A stretch of 64,000 nt of DNA from Planctomycetota bacterium (GCA_026004615.1 BPJM01000001.1:443482-507481); one strand, 5' to 3'; positions 18,063 through 25,999 are shown, counted from the first letter of the stretch. Notes: generated from the sequence alone by a model not told the origin. A program made the numbers and translations.

Positions 18063-19340
18063 TCAGCCCTCGCCAAACAGATCCGGCCAGAGCTTTTGCA
18101 GGAGGCCTTCCAGGTCCGCAACCGGAACGATCTCCACCGATTCCCGGACCGCCGGTCCGCCTGCGTCGGGGCGCATGCTTGCCAGATCGGAGGCGCACTC
18201 GGCCGCAATATAGAGTCTCCTGATCTTCCCCTCCTGTGGCCCGGTCAAGAGCTTCGCCAAGGCAGCGAGATACATGCGGTCGGGCGGCCGGATCCGGCGC
18301 GTGAGATCTAGTTCCCCAACGAACAGCGCGCCTGCCGGAACCGGCCGCTGCAGGTAGGAGCTCAAGAGCGCCACCGCAATCGGCAGATCCAGCTCCTCTC
18401 GGTAGCGCTGCTGTCGGGGCACGTAGCAGTTGATCTCGTAGGAGAGATCCGTCAGGTCGACCTCCTTGATCGTGCTCAGAATGCTGAGCAGCTGCTTGAC
18501 CTTCTTGCCCGGCAAAAAGGGAGCGTTTAGTTCCGGGCGCGAACCATAACGCGGCAGCGTCACGGAAGCCTGGCCCTCGGCGAACTCTTCGCCGATTCCA
18601 CTGTAACCCAGGACGGCAGCGCTCTTCGCGGCCCGATGCGGCGATTCCACCAGGCGGCCGCGCTGGTCCATCATGAGGACGAGCGGATCCAGGACGGCCG
18701 GTCCGAACCGATTCTTGGGCACGAAGAAGGGCCGCAGACGAAAGGCCCGCCGGATGTACATGACGCAATCCACATTGTGCTCCAGGTCCTTCGGGCCGGC
18801 GATCTGGCCTTTCTTGGTGACGTGCCCGATCAGGATCGAAACCAATCCCTGTGCCTTGGCGTTTTCGCCGAATTCATAGAGCGCCCGGTACTTGCGGGAT
18901 GCGGTCGAGGCCAGCCCCCGGCCCTGCACCGAGTCGACGACGATCGCCTGAATGCCGTGGTAGGCCTCTCCTTCCGTGAGCACGCGCCGGGCGAGAAAAC
19001 GCGGCAGCGCGTCGACGTCCTCGATTGCGTCGTCGAGGAAGAAGTTCTCCAGAATGGACTTCGGAAGGCGCCCGCCGGCGTCGCCGTGAATGCGGATGAT
19101 GGCGCGCTTGAGGTCGGCCAGCCCCTGCTCGGTGGTGAGGTAAAGCGACCGGATTCCCTGCCCGGCAAAGTCGCCCAGCACCTGCATGGCGAGCGTCGTC
19201 TTCCCGATGCCCGGTTCGCCCGCGACAAGGTAGACCCCGCCCCGGATGAACCCGGGGCCGATGGCCTTGCCCAACCAGGGCAGGGTTGAAACGGGAATGC
19301 GCTCGGGCCCCTTGTCTGTAATGTCCTCGATCTTAGGCAT
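18063..19340 (-). CDS. RadA/Sms-like protein lacking the N-terminal zinc finger: RecA-fold ATPase + Lon-protease-like C-domain, 425 aa
   Basis: Internal ATG (19340) of ORF 18063..19412: MPKIEDITDKGPERIPVSTLPWLGKAIGPGFIRGGVYLVAGEPGIGKTTL (Walker A), AIVVDSV (Walker B) and FFVPKNRFGP (the RadA-specific KNRFG motif). The C-terminal DLPIAVALLSSYLQRPVPAGALFVGELDLTRRIRP is the RadA Lon-like P domain. Confidence 0.85.
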   Translation of the reverse strand: MPKIEDITDKGPERIPVSTLPWLGKAIGPGFIRGGVYLVAGEPGIGKTTLAMQVLGDFAGQGIRSLYLTTEQGLADLKRAIIRIHGDAGGRLPKSILENFFLDDAIEDVDALPRFLARRVLTEGEAYHGIQAIVVDSVQGRGLASTASRKYRALYEFGENAKAQGLVSILIGHVTKKGQIAGPKDLEHNVDCVMYIRRAFRLRPFFVPKNRFGPAVLDPLVLMMDQRGRLVESPHRAAKSAAVLGYSGIGEEFAEGQASVTLPRYGSRPELNAPFLPGKKVKQLLSILSTIKEVDLTDLSYEINCYVPRQQRYREELDLPIAVALLSSYLQRPVPAGALFVGELDLTRRIRPPDRMYLAALAKLLTGPQEGKIRRLYIAAECASDLASMRPDAGGPAVRESVEIVPVADLEGLLQKLWPDLFGEG

Positions 19341-19414
19341 GGTCGTCCTGCAGATACCGGCGGCAGTCTGCCTTCGGGTGCGGCTGCATCCGCATGTGGG
19401 GCGTCGGATCAAGC

Positions 19415-19626
19415 CGCGGGATCGCGGGGCGGTGCGACTCGCACAGGCCTGGCCAGAGGAGCGCCGGCACCGCCGCCCGGCACGGCGCCAGCGCCCGCCT
19501 GGCCCACCCCAGACGCAGCGTCCAGGGATGCCCGTGCCGGATCGACCTCTCCCGCGCCGCGTGCTCCGAGGCCTCGGCGGTCGGGAGGTCCACCTCGGCC
19601 AGCCGCTTGCACTCCTCGGGGATCAT
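19415..19626 (-). pseudogene. Orphan DUF1156 5' fragment (~68 codons)
   Basis: ATG at 19626 (ORF 19333..19710): [65 protein letters not shown]. This is colinear with the DUF1156 start at 15930. Similarity is lost near 19415, 75 nt before the RadA-like start. The ATG overlaps the upstream TGA (ATGA at 19623-19626). Confidence 0.85.
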
Positions 19627-20228
19627 GCCGTTTGCTCGATCAGACGCCTGAGGCAGTCGAGCGCGCGGCGGAGGCTCTCCGAGCGCTCGGCCGCCACCGC
19701 CGGGCGCCACTTCGTCTGCACGTACTCGATGAGACGCGAAGAGTAGGCCGGGCCGACCGAGCGCCCACTTCGCTCGCGCGGCACCATGTCCTGCCGAATC
19801 GCGCTGCGCCGCGACCGGCGCGCCAGCTCCACCATGGCGACCTTGGCGTTCGGCAGGCTCTCTGGGTTATCGGGGACCTTGGCTTGCGCGACCCCGAGGT
19901 AGCCGGCCAGGGATGCACGATCCGCCATCAGCCACGCCTCGACCTGCCGCACCGCGACGCGAAAGCAAAGCAGCGGAGCGGGATTGGGAAGCCAGTTCTC
20001 TCGCAGCGGCGGCGCGCAGTCCGCGTCGCTGTCGAGGTCCACGAGGACCAGCCACGGCGTGCGCCGGGCAGCGTTGTTGTAGCCCTGGATCTTCCTCCGC
20101 AAGTCCTGCTTGCCGTTCTGGCCGTATACGCGCCCGGCCTGCCCGCCTGCGCAGGCGATCAACTTCCGCGCCACCACCGCGTCCAGGGGCCCCTCGACGG
20201 CCGCATGGATCACCACGGGGTTCGGCAT
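19623..20228 (-). CDS. TOPRIM-like (DUF4435/DUF4276 class) small protein, 201 aa
   Basis: ORF 19623..20228: VIHAAVEGPLDAVVARKLI (conserved E) and PWLVLVDLDSDADC (DxD), the two acidic motifs of TOPRIM/OLD-type nuclease domains. The start is 2 nt after the ATPase stop. Confidence 0.65.
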   Translation of the reverse strand: MPNPVVIHAAVEGPLDAVVARKLIACAGGQAGRVYGQNGKQDLRRKIQGYNNAARRTPWLVLVDLDSDADCAPPLRENWLPNPAPLLCFRVAVRQVEAWLMADRASLAGYLGVAQAKVPDNPESLPNAKVAMVELARRSRRSAIRQDMVPRERSGRSVGPAYSSRLIEYVQTKWRPAVAAERSESLRRALDCLRRLIEQTA

Positions 20229-20230
20229 CG

Positions 20231-21382
20231 TCAGAGATCTCCAAACAGCGGGAGCCGCTCCGCGCGCTCAGGCCGTGTCTTCGGGATGACGGCGTCGGCC
20301 AGCGTCAGGCCGCCGTCCAAAAGATCGCGGATCTCGCGGTGCGATGCGGCAATGGTCACCTCGGTGCCCTCGCGGCCGGGAACGAGCAGCACCACCTCGT
20401 CGAGCCCGATCCCCTCGTCCCGCAGGAGCTCCGGCGAGTGCGTGCTGAGGAAGATCTGCCGTCCCGTCCGGCGCTGGACGCGCGCCAGCATCTGCGGCAG
20501 CACACGGACGATCCCAGGATGCAGGGAGAGCTCCGGTTCTTCGAGCAGCAGCGGCCCCTCCTTTTCCATCGCTGCCCACAGGAGTCCCATCAAGCGAAGG
20601 GTCCCGTCCGAGAACTGCTCCTCGGTCTGCCACGCGCCTCGCGGCCGCCAGTGAGCGTACTTGCCGCGAAGGTGTGGTGTGCCGCGAGCGTCGCGCCAGA
20701 GCTCGACCTCCTCCAGTTGCGGGACCGCGACGCGCAGGGCTTCCCGGATGCGCCGCAGGCGCGCGCTCCGCGTCCGCTCCGGCGTCCTGGCCACCTGCTC
20801 CAGGAAGTCCCCCCCGAAGGGATCGTTCGAGCGGCCCACGGAGCGGTCGGGCTCCCGGACGAGCTGCGGGACGATGTGCAGGTAGCGGATGGATGCGAAG
20901 AACGTCGCGACCTCACGGAAGTCCCGATTCACGTTGACCTGCTCGAGGAAGGTCTGGCTGAGGCGCGCGGGGTCGGCCTCGTCGTCCTTGTTGGGCCGCT
21001 CGAGAAGTGTCTCGCCGCCGCGCAGCACGCGCTCCTTGCGCAGGAGCGCTCGCCGCTGTTGGTCCTGGCTGAAGGCGACCTCGTACGTCCAGCGCGGCCC
21101 GTCGTGTTCCCTCTGCAGCTCGACTGCGACCTCGATGGCCGGGTAACGCCGCGCGGCCAGGCATCGGATCGCGCTCACCCCACCACGGCGACCGACGGCT
21201 TCCTGAAAGCCGCCGCCCGTCGAGGCGAGATCCCGCAGGAAGCGAAACGCATCCAGGAGATTCGACTTGCCCGAGGCATTGGGACCGACGAGGAACAGGC
21301 GGTCGCCGATCTCGATCTCGACCTCGGCGAAGTTCTTCCAGTTCGTCAGGCGAAGTTTGCGGAACTTGAGGGGAGAGCTCAT
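20231..21382 (-). CDS. ABC/SMC-fold ATPase (AAA_15/AAA_21 class), 383 aa, paralogue of 11673..12908
   Basis: Internal ATG (21382) of ORF 20231..21490: MSSPLKFRKLRLTNWKNFAEVEIEIGDRLFLVGPNASGKSNLLDAFRFL (Walker A), LLLEEPELSLHP, IFLSTHSPELL. The ATG overlaps the helicase TGA (ATGA at 21379-21382). Confidence 0.85.
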   Translation of the reverse strand: MSSPLKFRKLRLTNWKNFAEVEIEIGDRLFLVGPNASGKSNLLDAFRFLRDLASTGGGFQEAVGRRGGVSAIRCLAARRYPAIEVAVELQREHDGPRWTYEVAFSQDQQRRALLRKERVLRGGETLLERPNKDDEADPARLSQTFLEQVNVNRDFREVATFFASIRYLHIVPQLVREPDRSVGRSNDPFGGDFLEQVARTPERTRSARLRRIREALRVAVPQLEEVELWRDARGTPHLRGKYAHWRPRGAWQTEEQFSDGTLRLMGLLWAAMEKEGPLLLEEPELSLHPGIVRVLPQMLARVQRRTGRQIFLSTHSPELLRDEGIGLDEVVLLVPGREGTEVTIAASHREIRDLLDGGLTLADAVIPKTRPERAERLPLFGDL

Positions 21383-24300
21383 GGTTCCTCCGGTGTCCTG
21401 TACGGCGGGGCTTCCTCGCGCACCTGCATCGGTCGCGTCATCGCATCCACCGACAGGTAGTAGTGGGCCACTTTCGTGACCTCGTGCCACTCGAGGCGCG
21501 CAGGGTCCTTGATCGGCTCCTGGAGCTGCGGCATCGCCGCGCAGTTCGTGACGATATACAGCCAGTAGCAGTCGCGCCGGTCCTCGGCCACGCGGCGTTC
21601 GTTCGGCGTGAGAAGGATGGTGCCCGTGGCCTCCGCCAGCCCCTTCACCTCGATGAGGCGCAGCTCCCCGGAGTTCAGGTCCAGGCTCGTGAGGTCGTAG
21701 CCCAGGTTCTTCTCGTGGACGTCATAGACCTGCCGGCCCTGGGCGCGCTCGTAGTCCATGACCACGCGCATGGCGATGGCCTCGGTCTCCGGGTTGGGCT
21801 GGAGTCGCCGGACTTCCGGCGTCTCGCGCTCGGGGTGGGGCAGAACCAGGACGCTCGCCATGCGTTCCACGCCTTGTAGCGTCAGCGAGCGCTGCCGCTC
21901 CAGCTCCTTGCGCCGCCGCTCCCGCCGCTGGCGCAGCTCCTCATGCCGGGCTTCGGCCTGGGCGAGACGCCCTTCCGCGCCCTGTTCCCCGCGATCCACG
22001 GCTTCCTGCGCCCGGCCGATCTCCTCGTCTGCCCGCTGCAGCAGCTCGGTGAGGGAGAGCTCGACGTGGGCCGCAATGCGCTCCACCTCGGCCAGCCGCT
22101 CCTCCCGCGTCTCCTCCAGAAAGGGCACGAGCGCATGCGTGTGGATCCACGCCGCCGCCTCGGGAAGCATGGCCACCGCCGGGAGTGTTTGCGGCGCCTC
22201 CGCCGGCGTCAGGTCACCCAGCAGGCTCGGCTCGCGCAGGCACGGCTCCCTGTCCTCGGCGATCTCGACGGCGAACAGGCGTTCGTGGACCACCTGGCCC
22301 ATGCCATCGACGATGCGGGCCCGGTAGAAGTCGATGCGCGCGGGCGCGTCGTGCTGAAGCGAGTAGAACGTCGCTCCCTTCCCGAAGGTCTCGAGCGCCT
22401 GCGCGTAGGTATGCCGCCGGATCGCCTCGAACAGGGGGTGGCCCGGCGTGACCCATTCCAGGTTGTGGGTCTCCGCCGTCTCGCGATCCGTCGAACAGCG
22501 AGGGTACCTGGCCGCCAGTGGAGGCAGCTTCCAGCTCGGCTCGCGCTCGTAGCGGCGCAGCACCGACGGCGTCCTGCCCGGCTCGAAGGTATGGGGAAGG
22601 CGCGGAACCGTCTTGAGCGTCAGGGGTACAAAGTCGGCCGCGTCCCGGATGAAGCGAGCAATCGTCTCGGGCACGACTCGCCGCTCTTGAGCCCGCGCCC
22701 GGCGCTCGATGAGCATCTCCAGATTGAGTTTCTTCGATGCGAGCCCCTCGAGCGCGTTCTGGCAGATGGCGCGGAACTGGCGCTCGTCCACGTTCCTCAG
22801 GAGCCGCTCCTCGAGGTCGGCCTCGCCGAGCCGCCCCGCGTAGTAGTCGCGGAGCACACGCTCCACGTGGGCCGCAGGCAGGATCTCGCCGACCACGTTG
22901 AAGACGGCATCGTCGTCGAGGGCGTCGCGGATCTCCTGGAGCTTCTCCAGCAGCCGCTGCAGCACCCGGCCCTCGATCGTGTTCGTGGCCACGAAGTTGA
23001 AGATCAGGCAGTCCTTGCGCTGGCCGTAGCGGTGGATGCGGCCCATGCGCTGCTCGAGCCGGTTCGGGTTCCACGGGATGTCGTAGTTGAACAGGATGTT
23101 GCAGACCTGGAGGTTGATGCCCTCGCCCGCCGCCTCGGTCGCCACCAGGATCTGGATCGCCCCCTCGCGGAACTGCTGTTCGGCATGAAGCCGCGTCCCT
23201 GGCTCGTCTCGCGATCCCGGTTTCATTCCGCCGTGGATACAGCCCACGCGAAAACCCCAGGACTCGAGCCGCTCCACGAGGTAATCCAGCGTGTCCTTGA
23301 ACTCCGTGAAGATGAGGAGCCGCTTCTGCGGGTGGTCGAAAAAGCCTTCCTGCTGGAGCAGCTCTTTCAGCTTCGAGAGCTTGGCCTCCACGCCGGAGTC
23401 CTCGACCGTCCGGGCCTGGGCGGCGAGTTGTCGGAGCTCCTGGACCTCCTCCCGGACCTGCTGGGCGTTGCCCGCGAGGGTGATGGCTTCCAGCGTTTCT
23501 TCCAGCCTCTCGCGCTCGCTTTCCTCCATCTCCTCCAGCTCTTCAGGGTCGGGAAGGTCCGGCGGCGCCAGTCGAGCGAGCTCATGGGCTCGCTTCAGCC
23601 CCTCCTCCAGGCGCCTGGCCCGGTTCTCGAGGGAGTGCCGCATCGCGTACGTGCTGGAAGCCAGCCGCCGCTGATAGAGGGACATCAAGAAGCCGACGGC
23701 GCGCGCGCGGGGGTCGTCGCCCTGGGCCGCAGCCCTGGCGCTCTGCCGCTTGACGAAGCGCGTGATGTCGCGGTAGAGCTCGAACTCCGCCCCGTCGATC
23801 TGGAACTGCACGGTGTGCGGGATGCGCTTCGTGAAGATCTTCCTGGCCACCCACGCTCCGTCGGACCGGCGCTCCGGGAAGTACACCATCGCCTCCTTCG
23901 TTCGGCGCAGGTAGAAGGGCGCGCGCCGGCGATCCATGGCCTCGCGGATGGACCGGACGTCCGCATAGGCGTCCGCATCGAGGAGCTGCAGGAACAGGCT
24001 GAAGTTGCGCGGATCGCCCTTGTGCGGCGTGGCGGTGAGCAGCAGCATGTGGTCGGATGTGTCCCGCAGCAGCTCGCCCAGCTTGTAGCGCAGGCTCTTG
24101 TGGGTCTGGTCGGCCGCCGACATCCGGTGCGCCTCGTCGACGATGACCAGGTCCCAGTGGACCTGCCGAAGCCCGGGAAGGATCTCCTTGCGCTTGGCCA
24201 GGTCGAGCGAGGTGATGATCTTGTTTCGCTCCAGCCACTGGTTGACGCCGAACTGGTCGCGGATGGCGTCGCCCTTGAGAACGAGGAACGTCGCGTCGAA

Positions 24301-24819
24301 CTTCTCCTTCAGCTCCCGTTGCCACTGGAAGGCGAGGTTGGCGGGACAGACGACGAGAATGCGTTCGGCCAGGCCCCGCAGTTCCAGTTCGCGGATCAGC
24401 AGCCCGGCCATGACGGTCTTCCCAGCCCCGGCGTCATCGGCAAGGAGGAACCGAACCCGGGCGAGCTTGAGCAGGTAGTCGTAGACGGCCTCGAGCTGAT
24501 GCGGCAGCGGGTCGACCCGGGAGATGGAAAGGCCGAAATAGGGGTCGAACTCGTAGGCGATCCCGAGGGAGTACGCCTGCAGTCCGAGTCGAAGCAGGCG
24601 CCCGTCGCCGTCGTAGCTCTGCCTGGTGGCGATGACGGTGAGCCGCTCGAGATCGCGCCTGGTGAGGGTGACCTTGCGAAACCGCTCCGACTCGGTGCCG
24701 ACCAGACCCACCACCCACGTGTCGGGCCCGTGCGCCTGAACGGTCTCCACCCGCATCGGCTCGCTGAACAGGGGTCCCGCGAGGATCTGGCCCTCGGTGA
24801 GCGCCCTTTGCTCACGCAT
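21379..24819 (-). CDS. SNF2-family helicase with C-terminal DUF3883 (nuclease-like) domain, 1146 aa, intact
   Basis: ORF 21379..24819: LADDAGAGKTVMAG (motif I), VIVDEAHRM (II), LLLTATPHKGD (III), ILVATEAAGEGINLQ...YDIPWNPNRLEQRMGRIHRYGQ (V/VI). The C-terminal LGYDLTSLDLNSGELRLIEVKGLAEATGTILLTPNERRVAEDRRDCYWLYIV matches DUF3883. Confidence 0.9.
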   Translation of the reverse strand: MREQRALTEGQILAGPLFSEPMRVETVQAHGPDTWVVGLVGTESERFRKVTLTRRDLERLTVIATRQSYDGDGRLLRLGLQAYSLGIAYEFDPYFGLSISRVDPLPHQLEAVYDYLLKLARVRFLLADDAGAGKTVMAGLLIRELELRGLAERILVVCPANLAFQWQRELKEKFDATFLVLKGDAIRDQFGVNQWLERNKIITSLDLAKRKEILPGLRQVHWDLVIVDEAHRMSAADQTHKSLRYKLGELLRDTSDHMLLLTATPHKGDPRNFSLFLQLLDADAYADVRSIREAMDRRRAPFYLRRTKEAMVYFPERRSDGAWVARKIFTKRIPHTVQFQIDGAEFELYRDITRFVKRQSARAAAQGDDPRARAVGFLMSLYQRRLASSTYAMRHSLENRARRLEEGLKRAHELARLAPPDLPDPEELEEMEESERERLEETLEAITLAGNAQQVREEVQELRQLAAQARTVEDSGVEAKLSKLKELLQQEGFFDHPQKRLLIFTEFKDTLDYLVERLESWGFRVGCIHGGMKPGSRDEPGTRLHAEQQFREGAIQILVATEAAGEGINLQVCNILFNYDIPWNPNRLEQRMGRIHRYGQRKDCLIFNFVATNTIEGRVLQRLLEKLQEIRDALDDDAVFNVVGEILPAAHVERVLRDYYAGRLGEADLEERLLRNVDERQFRAICQNALEGLASKKLNLEMLIERRARAQERRVVPETIARFIRDAADFVPLTLKTVPRLPHTFEPGRTPSVLRRYEREPSWKLPPLAARYPRCSTDRETAETHNLEWVTPGHPLFEAIRRHTYAQALETFGKGATFYSLQHDAPARIDFYRARIVDGMGQVVHERLFAVEIAEDREPCLREPSLLGDLTPAEAPQTLPAVAMLPEAAAWIHTHALVPFLEETREERLAEVERIAAHVELSLTELLQRADEEIGRAQEAVDRGEQGAEGRLAQAEARHEELRQRRERRRKELERQRSLTLQGVERMASVLVLPHPERETPEVRRLQPNPETEAIAMRVVMDYERAQGRQVYDVHEKNLGYDLTSLDLNSGELRLIEVKGLAEATGTILLTPNERRVAEDRRDCYWLYIVTNCAAMPQLQEPIKDPARLEWHEVTKVAHYYLSVDAMTRPMQVREEAPPYRTPEEP

Positions 24820-25632
24820 GCGGCTCTCTTTCTTCCGATTCAGAGGTTACGGCGCAGCCCCTACGACTCCATGCCTCACCAGCCAAGTTGGGATTGTAGT
24901 CGATCCGCGCCTCGATCTCCGAAACGGCGGCGCAGGAGGGTTTCTCGCCCAGCTCCGCCCCGTAGCCGTCGCCGGCGATCGACCGGGCTACCACGAAGGC
25001 GCCTCTCGATCGAGCACTCTCTCCCTGCTCGGAACGTTGGCCTCGAGCACCTCGCGCTCGTCCACCGCCGCGACGGGCGCCAGGGTGTCGATGTCGCCGG
25101 GACGAACCGGAACGATGCGGACGAAGTCGTCCCGCCGCTCGTTCCTGTGGCCGTGGGACCTGGCGAACGGTACGAGGTACGCGCGGGCCCTGGGCTGCTG
25201 CTCGCCGGTCTTTTCGAGCAGGCCCTGGCCGAGCACGCAACCCACCTCCTTCCGGGCGAGGAGGAATGGTTCGAACCGGTCCTGCACCCGGCGGCGGCTG
25301 GCGGCCACGGAGGCGAAACAAGGTCGTCGAAAATACCCTCCTGCACCCTCGCCATGGCCGACCCGCGTCCCTGACACCGCAGCAGCCCCGCCACGACCCC
25401 GAGGCCCGTCCGGGGACAGTCTCACGGCTGGCCCTCTGGCTCCGGTCCCACCTGGCCGGCTGGTCACGGTGGATCGCCCGATCTTTCGGGAACGAGACGA
25501 CCCCTTGCAGGCAGCGCAAGGAGCTCCGGCCTGTGGGCCCGCCACAGCGCCTGCCCCGCCCATGGGCCTGTCCTCTGTTTCCACAGCGGGTCGTTCCTCG
25601 ACGCTACCCCGAGCTTCCCCCAGGCATCGCAC
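24812..25632 (-). CDS. Small upstream ORF(s) of unknown function preceding the helicase; probably frameshifted near 24990; true start uncertain
   Basis: ORF 24988..25632 has a coding-looking part from ...VQDRFEPFLLARKEVGCVLGQGLLEKTGEQQPRARAYLVPFARSHGHRNERRDDFVRIVPV... The tail of ORF 24812..25519 (FVVARSIAGDGYGAELGEKPSCAAVSEIEARIDYNPNLAGE) ends 8 nt inside the helicase start. The N-terminal ~90 codons are Gly/Arg-rich and may be untranslated leader. The first residues (GSVEER) resemble the start of ORF 3674..4081 (RSVEER). Confidence 0.3.
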
Positions 25633-25740
25633 GAAACGATCGCGGCCGGAGGAATCTGACCACGCCGTCGGCCCGCGAGGCCACAGCCCCCAGCCTCGCA
25701 GGGGTTGGGCAGCCGATCCGCGCCGGAAGCACCGCCATGT
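25560..25740 (-). repeat. Copy B of the conserved leader/terminus sequence (copy A at 4020..4200)
   Basis: See copy A for the shared blocks. It lies between the malQ stop / right direct repeat and the first island ORF, so it is at the 5' end of the minus-strand gene array. Confidence 0.6.
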
Positions 25741-25806
25741 CCGCTGCGCCGGCCGAGGACCCGCTCGGCGCCCGCGCCCGCGGCCGGTCCGCCGCGCCGC
25801 AGCCCG

Positions 25807-25999
25807 CTAGCCCCCCCGCGCCCGCGCGAGCAGCGCCAGCAGCTCCGCGGCGGCGGGCAGCGCGCCCAGCTGTTCGAGCGCCGGCTGCGCGCGCCGCCGC
25901 CAGTTGGGGCATTCGGCGCCGGTGCCGGGGACGTTCTGCGGCCGCGTCTCCAGCCACAGGTCCTCCAGATTCAGCAGCACCCAGCGCGCCTCGCTCGCC
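25807..25999 (-). repeat. Right copy of the island-flanking direct repeat (3' end of intact malQ)
   Basis: Matches 5821..6011. Both copies begin at the cta (TAG stop on the minus strand) and end at ...cctcgctcgcc, after which the sequences diverge. Confidence 0.9.

Noticed and set aside
21943-25374. ORF 21943..25374 (+, 1143 aa)
   Set aside because: It is antisense to the intact SNF2 helicase, which has clear motifs, and its own translation is low-complexity.
24876-25394. ORF 24876..25394 (MAGLLRCQGRGSAMARVQEGIFDDLV...) as the gene upstream of the helicase
   Set aside because: After ~25 residues it becomes Ser/Pro/Arg low-complexity. The neighbouring frame (24988..25632) carries the only coding-like block.
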